The notes under the pieces: generated by a model
Told to the model about the DNA's origin: nothing
Database searches by the model: none
The model's input: only the letters and a program-made list of their open reading frames with translations
Program-made: the position numbers and the translations under genes
Shown here: positions 52,943 to 64,000 of the stretch, in pieces
Numbering within the stretch: the stretch's first letter is position 1
Layout of the letters: every line of letters begins with the position of its first letter
Assembly (NCBI GenBank): GCA_951406725.2
Contig: OX597840.1
Span: 34,968,001 to 35,032,000 of the forward strand
Direction of reading: 5' to 3'
DNA length: 64,000 bases
Source: Octopus vulgaris
Taxonomy: Eukaryota

Positions 52943-53257
52943 TATATATACACACACACAAACCTTTTAGACATATTTAACCGGCAGACCCGTAAGCCTC
53001 CCTGCCAGCTAACCCGACAACCAGCCAGTCTGTCAGCCAGCGAGCCCGCCCGTTATCCAGCCAAGTAACCACCAAACCAAACTAACAATCCAGCCAGCTT
53101 TCAGAAACCAGCAGAGGATCCAGAAGCCGACAGATAAAACACAGACGTTGCAGGAAGCGAGGTGGTTGGGGGGTTAGGGTTAGGATTGAAATGGGGGCCA
53201 AGGGAAGTAATTGCGATTTTATTCAAATCCGAGCTTAGAGTTGGCCCTGCAAAGAAC

Positions 53258-53952
53258 CCTATTTCTTTACCACCCACAAGGGACTAAACACAGAGGGGAC
53301 AAACAAGGACAGATAAACGGATTAAATCGATTATTTCGACCCCAGTGCGTAACTGGTACTTATTTAATAAACCCCGAAAGGATGAAAGGCAAAGTCGACC
53401 TCGTGGGAATTTGAACTCAGAACGGAGCGGCAGACGAAATACCTATTTCTTTACTGCCCACAAGGGGCTAAACACAGAGGGGACAAACAAGGACAGATAA
53501 ACGGATTAAATTGATTATATCGACCCCAGTGCGTAACTGGTACTTCTTTAATCGACCCCGAAAGGATGAAAGGCAAAGTCGACCTCGGAGGAATTTGAAC
53601 TCAGAACGTAGCGGCAGACGAAATACTTATTTCGTTACTGCCCACAAGGGGCTAAACACAGAGAGGACATACAAGGACGGACAAAGGTATTAACTCGATT
53701 ATTTCGACCCCCAGTGCGTAACTGGTACTTATTTAATCGACTCCTTGTGGGTAGTAAAGAAATAGGTATTTCGTCAGCTGCTACGTTCTGAGTTCAAATT
53801 CCGCCGAGGTCGACTTTGCCTTTCATCCTTTCGGGGTCGATAAATTAAGTACCAGTTACGCACTGGGGTCGATGTAATCGCCTTAATCCGTGTGTCTGTC
53901 CTTGTTTGTCCCCTCTATGTTTAGCCCCTTGTGGGTAGTAAAGAAATAGGTA
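53258..53952. mobile_element. SINE family B multimer: about three minus-strand bodies fused to an inverted plus-strand body
   Basis: ~184-bp units at about 53258, 53442 and 53625 (minus); orientation switches at about 53742. Confidence 0.85.
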
Positions 53953-54465
53953 GTTATCGTTTCATAATCTCTGCCAGGTTCTCCTCAACCAAAGGACAAG
54001 TGTCACTCGACTCGTAGTCGGAACGAATAGATTTGTCTCCCTTGTTCTGATATCTGGTGGCGATGTTTGTAACCTCTTAATGTCGAGGTTTCTGTTTCTG
54101 CTTCTGCTTCCAAATTTCTGTGATGTAACGATGGATTGCTCTTATACAGAGGTATCCATTCTCATTCAAAGCCTCCACCTAGCAAGTCTTTGGATCTACT
54201 GGAAGAGTGTTGGTACAGGGTGAAGCCGTACTCTGCAATTAGTTTTTGCCAAAAGCCCCGTTTCCTTGAACACTCGTTCCTTGTGTGATTTTTGTGGGGT
54301 TTCCGCGAGCGGCTCTTGAAAGTCTCCCCCTTTTGGGGATTTATTTGTTACAATTTTTATTGCTGTTACCTTTTGACACGATTAAATCCCGTCCCTTTTT
54401 GTGCTGTGTTTTCCTGTTCTGTCTCCAATATTTTATATAAACCCTCAGTGGTGAATAAAGAAAAG

Positions 54466-54520
<55 letters not shown>

Positions 54521-54524
54521 AAAA

Positions 54525-54900
54525 AGGCGGCGAGCTGGCAGAATTGTTAGCACACCGGGCGAAATGCTTAGCAGTATTTCGTCTGCCGCTACGTTCTGAG
54601 TTCAAATTCCGCCGAGGTCGACTTTGCCTTTCATCCTTTCGGGGTCGATAAATTAAGTACCAGTTACGCACTGGGGATCGATATAATCGACTTAATCCGT
54701 CTGTCTGTCATTGTTTGCCCTCTCTTTAAAGAAATAGGCATTTCGCTTGTCGTTACGTTCTGAGTTCAAATTCCGCCGAGGTCGACTTTGTCTTTCATCC
54801 TTTCATAGTCGACAAATTAAGTACCAGTTGCGTACTGGGTCGATCTAATCGACTAGTCCCCTTCCCCAAAGCTTCGGGCCTTGTGCCTATAATAGAAAGG
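54525..54900 (+). mobile_element. SINE family B, dimeric body
   Basis: ggcggcgagctggcagaattgttagc head and two copies of the core. Confidence 0.85.
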
Positions 54901-54932
<32 letters not shown>

Positions 54933-54934
<2 letters not shown>

Positions 54935-55127
54935 TATGAAATCTCACAGCTTATTTTGCTGGGTGTCGATGGAAAGTGTCAGCTGTCCACAGCCAGCAGA
55001 CTAAGGTGACACTTGTTTTACTGGTCATGCTTCAAAGAACCCTGCGAAGAATTCTTGCAGTTCCAAGCAATGCTGATTCTTGTAGGTGTTCTACCTTCAC
55101 ACTCGCACCACTTTTTTTCAGTCATTT
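54933..55127 (-). mobile_element. 3' end of an R4/Dong-like non-LTR retrotransposon (REL-endonuclease type) within (TAA)n
   Basis: The minus strand encodes ..VKVEHLQESALLGTARILRRVL*, the typical R4-clade C-terminus, then a short UTR. (TAA)n on both sides. Confidence 0.75.
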
Positions 55128-56223
<1,096 letters not shown>

Positions 56224-57036
56224 GCATTTTCTTATATTAAAATCACGCATAAGGATGCATTTGTCTTCTTTTTATATTGTAGCAGCTTTGTCTAGTTTTT
56301 TAGTATTAAATCGCGAAGTTGGTGCCAAGGCACCCAGTAGTGTTTCATTGTAGCTCTCTGCAAGACGAATATAAGGTAACGTTAGCCGTTTATTACCGCC
56401 GACTGAGTCTCCAGCCAGTTTAAACGTCAATCAGTTTTTCACAGCAAAGCGGACGCCATGTTGGTGACAGGAATCCATGTAGGATTAACCTTAACCCGTA
56501 TGAAATCATATCTTTTATCAACCCAAGCGAGAGCACTCCCCAAATAGCATAATCTTTAAGAGTGCAACGGTATCTATATTTTATCCTCTCAGTTCACTGA
56601 TCCCTGCTTGTCGAGTTAACTACCATAAGATTAACATGTCCGTATATTCTCACGTGACAAGCCTGAATGATGTTTTACTTAGGTTTTAACAATTACTGTG
56701 TGAAATGTCTTTACAGGCGCGGTTTCCTGACCTTGAAAGGAGGTGACTGGACTATTTTTAGACCACCTTTTCTCGGCTCTGGAGCAAGCAGTTGCAAATG
56801 CCCGTTGTCCAAGACATCTGATATGTCACGTTGTAAGCTGAAGCTTTCAGCGCCCTCAGATCTCCTCTGTTGTGTGACATATTACAGACTCAAGGCCTAC
56901 GATCCTCTTTGCTGTGCAACGAAGCTGTACAGTGATATTAAGAATGCATCTTTTCTAATATCAATGTCCTCGCTTTGAAAAGAGTAGAGCTAGCGGTAAG
57001 AGCGAGCCGAGACGCTTGGTACCTTCCCATCTACGG

Positions 57037-57450
57037 GGAGCTGGCAGAAACGTTAGCACGTCGGGCAAAATGCTTAGCAGTATTTCGTCTGCCGCTACGT
57101 TCTGAGTTCAAATTCCGCCGAGGTTGACTTTGCCTTTCATCCTTTAGGGGTCGATTAAATAAGTACCAGTTACGCACTGGGGGTTGATCTAATCGACTTA
57201 ATCCGTTTGTCTGTCCTTGTTTGTCCTCTCTGTGTTTAGCCCCTTGTGGGTAGTAAAGAAATAGGTATTTCGTCTGCCGCTACGTTCTGAGTTCAAATTC
57301 CGCCGAGGTTGACTTTGCCTTTCATCCTTTAGGGGTCGATTAAATAAGTACCAGTTACGCACTGGGGGTTGATCTAATCGACTTAATCCGTTTGTCTGTC
57401 CTTGTTTGTCCTCTCTGTGTTTAGCGCCTTGTGGGTTGTAAAGAAATAGG
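57037..57450 (+). mobile_element. SINE family B dimer with degenerate TSD
   Basis: Two near-identical ~186-bp bodies; flanks gtaccttcccatctacgg and gtatcttcccacctatgg. Confidence 0.85.
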
Positions 57451-58010
57451 TATCTTCCCACCTATGGCTTCAAGAGGCTGCCAGAAACCTATTCTCTCAT
57501 AAATCGCATTGAAGCTGTTTGCTGCAGCCTTTTCTTTCCCTTTTTTTCCAGGATATCTTCTCATAGCTTTTGTCTCAATGGATTCACTCACAAGTTAGCA
57601 GAGCAGTGACTTATGAATGTCGATATATCCAGCAGGGTACGTTCGTATAGTGTATCTCTGGAGTCCAATGCTATCCAGTGTCATCTTAAAGCATAGACTC
57701 ACTGGGTAGTTCACCAGGGGCCTCACGGAGTATAGGGACCCAATTCAATCTGTGTAGGCCGTAGCTTGCTTTCAATGAATACTATATGGCCCAGTGCATT
57801 GGTTTGTCCAGGGATTTCATGGTTTAGGGATCCAATTCTGATCTATGAATGCTTTCGTTTGCTATCAATAAATTACATACCATAGCGTCCAGTGCATTGA
57901 TTTGTCCAGGGCTTATAATGCTTCTAAGACGGCTCTACAGTTAAAATCACGGTTTATTAACAACTTTTTCATGTGATCGGCCGAATTATGGACTAGTCAG
58001 CAGCCAGACA

Positions 58011-58092
58011 TCACGTCACTTTCTAGAAGCCTCCAGAATATTCTCTTTCAAGACCTATAAATAGACACGTTTTGAGCGCCAAACGTCAGTTT
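58011..58092 (+). promoter_or_regulatory. Heat-shock element + TATA + initiator core promoter
   Basis: tTTCt-aGAAg-cCTCc-aGAAt-aTTCt (58020-58044), TATAAATAG at 58056, and TCAGTT with its A at 58088 (TATA at -32). Confidence 0.6.
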
Positions 58093-58299
58093 GTGGCTAC
58101 CCACAGCTAAGCTAACTGTATACTCATTTTGCTGTTTTTAACAGGCCTTACCACGCGCAACTTCAGTTCACTGACATGAACCTAGTGTGTATATTTTCTC
58201 CTGTCGTAGCAGCTTAATTGCAGAGCCCTTTTAATCAACTATCTGTAAGAGCAACATAATATACTTTCCAGTATGTAAACTTTGTTCTTAAAAATTATA

Positions 58300-58610
58300 A
58301 ACGTCGCCCTTTCCAAACCAAGCCAGTCTCATGGGCCCGATTTCCCAGGTACTGTGGCATATGTGTTCCCCGCCAGCTGGACGGGACGCCAGTCCATCGC
58401 AGTGTTACTCAAGAAACAGGAAGAGAGAGTGAGAAAAAGTTGGGGCGAAAGAGTACAACAGGGGTCGCCACCCACCCCCTGCCGGAGCCTCGTGGAGCTT
58501 TTAGGTGTTTTCGCTCAATAAACACACACAACGCCCGGTCTGGGAATCGAAATCGCGATCCTCCTACCGTGAGGCCGCTGCCTTAACCACTAAGGCCATT
58601 GCGCCTCCGC
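58300..58610 (-). mobile_element. SINE family C
   Basis: Reverse-complement tRNA-like head ending gccattgcgcctccgc. Confidence 0.8.
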
Positions 58611-58928
58611 AAACTTTGCTGTTACGATTTCTTATTCATGACCAACATGGAAATTATTTGTGCGGTAAAATAAAATCCTGCTAATTGTTCCCGAGCGTTG
58701 AGCATTCATTATACGTTGTCTGATTCTAACTCGATAACCGGCATCTTTGCCTATCCTTTGCCGATCGTGACAACTTCTTTGTCTATCGTGACAGATCCTT
58801 TGTCCATCGTGACAGCTCTCATCTACACTCCATGACCATACTTACAAATTGAAATCCTCTGGGAAAACAATCGCAAAGAAATGCCGAGGATTCGAGAGAA
58901 CCCGCAGAGGACGGCAGAAGTTTTCCTT

Positions 58929-59720
58929 GATCTTTTCGGTTTGAACGGCACTTTGTAACATAATTTCTAGGAAACTAAAAAATTTTAAACTTCGTATCCT
59001 GGTAGAATGTGTTTATAAAACATCTTTTTCTCTTGGCTTTCTTGAGAAAATTCTATAGTTTGTAAGATATTTGTTGTTTTTTCTTCAATTTCATGTGACA
59101 CCACTAGAGAAAATGGCAGTTTTTTCTAGCAGTGTCATATGAAATTGTCACCCATAATTATGACCCTAGTATCGATCTATTGTATTTTAATCTGTTTTAG
59201 GGTTAGGGTTAGGGTATCTTTTTTTCTTCACAAATGTAAGTAAACCCAATCTGTTTCTTAAACGAGGGACATATTCATACGGCACAGAATGTTTTCACCT
59301 CAATAGACGTCATTGATTGGTTGAAATTGCAGAAATTGAAGGATAAAAAAACAACAAATATGAAATTGTCACCCATAATTATGACCCTAGTATCGATCTA
59401 TTGTATTTTAATCTGTTTTAGGGTTAGGGTTAGGGTATCTTTTTTTCTTCACAAATGTAAATAAACCAATCTGTTTCTTAAACGAGGGACATATTCATAC
59501 GGCACAGAATGTTTTCACCTCAATAGACGTCATTGATTGGTTGAAATTGCAGAAATTGAAGGATAAAAAAACAACAAATATCTTACAAACTATAGAATTT
59601 TCTCAATAAAGCCAAGAGAAAAAGATATTTCATAAACACATTCTACCAGTATACGAAGTTTAAAAGTGTTTAGTTACGTGGAAATTATTTTTAAAAACTG
59701 CTGTTCAAACCGAAAAGATC
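58929..59720. mobile_element. Foldback non-autonomous DNA element (~155-bp TIRs) with internal ~220-bp duplication and (TTAGGG)3
   Basis: gatcttttcggtttgaac.. / ..gttcaaaccgaaaagatc; the internal unit atatgaaattgtcaccc..ttagggttagggttagggt.. occurs twice. Confidence 0.8.
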
Positions 59721-59830
59721 CCTGAACGAATTTCTAGCTCGCGGCTAACGATACCACGAAGTCTAGGAGACACACCTGTATCAATCGATGATATCGGTTC
59801 CATTACCTGATGGGAACCCATTTGACCAAA

Positions 59831-59926
<96 letters not shown>

Positions 59927-60714
59927 GATGTTCTGTTGTGTAAAACCAGCCGGCCTCTGGACACCAATGTGGTCAGAAAAATACAACCTTGCTACAAAGT
60001 CGATGACCGGTCAAAATTTACTCTGAACTAAAAAGAAGGCACACACACACACGCGCGAACGCGACGGGCTTCCGTACAATTTCCATCTATAATTGTAGAC
60101 AGCACTTGCCCCAAGTGTGACGCTATGGGATTAAGCATGAAACAATAGCAAAGCGAGCTTCTCAACCACTCAGCCATTCCCAGACCTTCAAAAATTCATT
60201 TCTATTAAACCTTATCAAAAGAGACCTCATCTAATGGAACCCTTGACCGTTTTCGCTGAACTCTGGGGTTTCCCCAGAACCCATTTTGAGAACCGCTACT
60301 CAAGAGCAGACGTTCTCAACCTTCGCATTACGAGAGATCCTTAAATCCTCCCATGGCCCTCCACCGGGTAGAATTCACAGAAAAGCTGCTTATTCAATAA
60401 ACCGATTCTAAACTCATTTTCCAAGTTTCCTTTTGAATTTACGAAGCAACTGAATAACCATTCTGCCATTCTTTTACCTGTCTCAGTCATTGGAATGAGG
60501 CCATGCTGGAGCACCGCATTGTTTTAGTCCATCAAATCGACTTCGGTATTTTTCTTTTGAAGTCATGCGCTGACTTCATCGATCTGTTTTTACTGAACAG
60601 TTATCATGCAGGAACGTAAACAAACCAACACCGGTAGCAAGCGGTGAAACAAACATAAGCACACACACTCTCCACCTTTTCTCTCTTCTTCCCTCTCTTG
60701 TATCTGTTTGTCTT

Positions 60715-60751
60715 CCTATCTATCTATCTGTCTATCTATGTATCTATCTAC

Positions 60752-60833
<82 letters not shown>

Positions 60834-60834
60834 G

Positions 60835-60921
<87 letters not shown>

Positions 60922-60938
60922 GTCTATCTGTCTGTATA

Positions 60939-61033
<95 letters not shown>

Positions 61034-61080
61034 GTCTATCTGTCTGTCTATCTGTCTATCTATCTATCTTTCTATCTATC
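60715..61080. repeat. (TCTA)n tetranucleotide microsatellite
   Basis: Direct inspection. Confidence 0.97.
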
Positions 61081-61232
61081 GGTGTGTATGTATATATGTA
61101 CACATTCACATATGCATACAAACACATAGTCTGTGCGTGTATATATGTATAATATATATATATACATACGTATATACATTATATATGTATACACACACAT
61201 GTACACATACAATTATACATATATGCATACAT

Positions 61233-61620
61233 AGGCGTAGGAGTGGCTGTGTGGTAAGTAGCTTGCTTACGAATCACATGGTTCTGGGTTCAGTCCCACT
61301 GCGTGGTACCTTGGGCAGGTGTCTTTTACTATAGCCTCAGGCCGACCAAAGCCTTGTGAGTGGATTTGGTAGACGGAAACTGAAAGAAACCCGTCGTATA
61401 TATATATGTATGTGTATATATGTTTGTGTGTCTGTATTTGTCCCCCAACATCGCTTGACAACCGATGCTGGTTACGCCCCCGTAACTTAGCGGTTTGGCA
61501 TAAGACACCGATAGAATAATGACTAGGCTTACAAAGAATAAGTTCTGGGGTCGATTTGCTTGACTAAAGGGGGTGCTCCAGCATGGCCTCAGTCAAATGA
61601 CTGAAACAAGTAAAAGAATA
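61233..61620 (+). mobile_element. SINE family A
   Basis: Matches the family A sequence. Confidence 0.9.
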
Positions 61621-61960
61621 TACACACACATGTACACATACATATATACATACATACACGTACATACACATGAAGGAATTCTGCACAGTTCCCGTCTACC
61701 AAATTCGCTCAGAAAACAATGTCCCGTCTCCTGCTACAACAGAAAACGCTTGCTCCAGCGTATCGCGCTGTGGGACTGAGACGAAAACCTTGTGCTTAAG
61801 GAGCAAACTTCATCACAAAACCATCACTGTGCCTGAATATAATTAAGTAATATACATTAAAATTGTAATTAAGGCCCACAGGCCTCTGGCAGTGTTGTCT
61901 TAATGCATGTGTGGTTAAGGGCAATTGCCCAAAGTTCCTTCAAGTCTAGGGATCCTATGC

Positions 61961-62082
61961 CGGCGGGGGTAAAGAATATGTACACGACCCGTCTTCTGCG
62001 TAACAAAAGCCCTAACCCTAACCCTAACCCTAATCCCAACCCTAACCCTAAACACCGGGTGTACGTATTCTTTACTTTCGCC
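61961..62082. repeat. Mini foldback element enclosing (CCCTAA)n
   Basis: ggcgggggtaaagaatatgtacacgacccg..(ccctaa)~6..cgggtgtacgtattctttactttcgcc. Confidence 0.7.
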
Positions 62083-62627
62083 TCCTATGTCAATCTACGT
62101 ACGCCGTGGTTTGCTGTTAAGAAATGAATACAGTACGAGCAAGTGCATTGCTTTGTCCAGGGTCTATGGTACTAATCCCTTGTACTACCTTTGTGGACCC
62201 CAGCTTGGGAACCATTGTTCCTAGTGCATCACGATAAATTCCCCGGACTTATAGTCTCAAGTTCTAAAACTGATAAAGACGGTTACCCGGTTTCTATGGC
62301 GTATAAGTGGCCGAGATCACATTCCTCTCGAACGGGATACCATCCCGTCTTAGGGTTAACCATTTACAGTCAAGTGGATTGATTTTGCAACATGAAACGA
62401 AGTGCCTTGCTCAAGAACGCAATGCACTGTCTGCTCCAGGAATCGGAACATGATCTTGCGATCATGAGGGCACCAACCTAACGACCAGGCCATGCGGACA
62501 ACTCGATTGCAAACCAACGGAGCAGACTGATGATCGAAAGAGAATTTAGGACATTTATTTCAAAATGCGGATTTTTGCCAATTTTTTTTTTGCAGATTCG
62601 TATTCTCCGTAGCCAAAAACGTGGGTT

Positions 62628-62865
62628 TACTTTTTACTCTTTTACTTGTTTCAGTCATTTGACTGCGGCCATGCTGGAGCACCGCCTTTAGTCGAGCAAA
62701 TCGACCCCAGGACTTATTCTTTGTAAGCCTAGTACTTATTCTATCGGTGTCTTTTGCCGAACCGCTAAGTGACGGGGACCTAAACACACCAGCATCGGTT
62801 GTCAAGCAATGCTAGAGGGACAAACACAGACACACAAACACACACACACATACATACATACATAC

Positions 62866-62931
<66 letters not shown>

Positions 62932-63097
62932 TATGACAGGCTTCTTTCAGTTTCTGTCTACCAAATCCACTCACAAGGCATTGGTCGGCCCGGGGCTATA
63001 GCAGAAGACACTTGCCCAAGATGCCACGCAGTGGGACTGAACCCGGAACCATGTGGTTGGTTAGCAAGCTACTTACCACGCAGCCACTCCTGCGCCT
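62628..63097 (-). mobile_element. SINE family A
   Basis: Reverse complement of the family A sequence. Confidence 0.9.
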
Positions 63098-63719
63098 GTG
63101 TAGAAAAAAAAAGGTACTTTTTGGGGTGTACTAAATGATGTCTTGCCGAGATTTGGCTGCTGTTTCTAACCGATCGAGTGACCACACAAAGCTCCTTACG
63201 TTATGTGTACGTGTATTTTACCTGACTGACGCACGTACGTGTCTCGTTACTGTTTAGCCCCATATCAGCTCTAGCTAATAAATCTTAGCTCAGAGACATT
63301 CTACCCTTGACCACCCCGCTTTATTTTATACACAGTGCCCTTTGGACTACGTTGGAGGGAGTTTTCGCTGCAGTAACAAAACGTATTTAAAGCTGCCGTT
63401 TGGCCCGCATATCAACACTGCTCGAGTAGATCTATGTACGATCAGAGGCGTTCCAGTCGTGACCGTCCCGTCCTTTTCGGGGCACGTTAAGACTACATTA
63501 TCCAGCACGACCTTACCACTTTTTATAAGCGACAATCAATGGTTAAGGGTGTGATTCGAGGGAAATTTAGAGTTATTTCTAACGGTTCAAAATTTCTGTA
63601 AATGGGAGCAACTCTCACCGGTTCGTTTATTATACGAGAAGTGTAGTTGGTTAACCCCAAATCAGCCCTGATCGAACGTTCTTTCTTATTTATGAAATTC
63701 ATTTTTGCTGCGCTCATCC

Positions 63720-63947
63720 TGAACCCTTTTGTTACTAACCCGGCCAAAACCGGCTCTGGCTCTGTGGTAAAATATCTTGTTTTCACAAGCTTTGAATTAA
63801 AATCTTCCACCAAACCATAGTCACAATTTATGTTCCTAACATTAGCTGAATGATAACTAAATTGTTTTACTAAATTCTTTCTTATATTTAAAATGATTGA
63901 AAGAAACACAGAGCATCTCAACAGAAATACAGTAATGAAAGGGTTAA
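63720..63947. mobile_element. piggyBac-like MITE (same family as 14362-15093, opposite orientation)
   Basis: aaCCCTTT..AAAGGG|TTAA; the body is the reverse complement of the 14.4-15.1 kb unit. Confidence 0.75.
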
Positions 63948-64000
63948 ATCTTCGACTTTAAAATCTTGTCAGTTCTTCACTTATTTAAGACGCTGGGGTC

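Noticed and set aside
56440-57000. YY1-like cgccatgttg and a possible decayed transposase
   Set aside because: The minus-strand ATG gives only MASALL*, and no diagnostic catalytic motif is readable.

Overview
Repeat-dense eukaryotic DNA, very probably an Octopus (coleoid cephalopod) genome; this is inferred from the tRNA-derived SINE families and heavy (TA)/(CA)/(ATT)/(CAT) microsatellite load. The one clear complete gene is an intronless 4.45 kb ORF (30423-34871, +) encoding a Bloom-syndrome RecQ helicase (BLM). A probable first coding exon of exportin-4 (21801-21851, -) lies divergently about 8.6 kb away. The rest is mostly mobile DNA: three SINE families, RTE LINE 3' ends, an R4/Dong-type fragment inside (TAA)n, Helentron-like elements, piggyBac-like MITEs and a palindromic mariner. 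The most unusual features are about nine minimal hammerhead-ribozyme motifs of Penelope type (two loci built as inverted pairs), several long near-perfect DNA hairpins, an RTE insertion whose last 140 bp is amplified 12 times as a 280-bp higher-order repeat between intact TSDs, and an orphan HSE-TATA-Inr promoter. Nearly all short ORFs in the track are microsatellite or SINE artefacts. All calls were made by eye, with no database search, and repeat boundaries are approximate.
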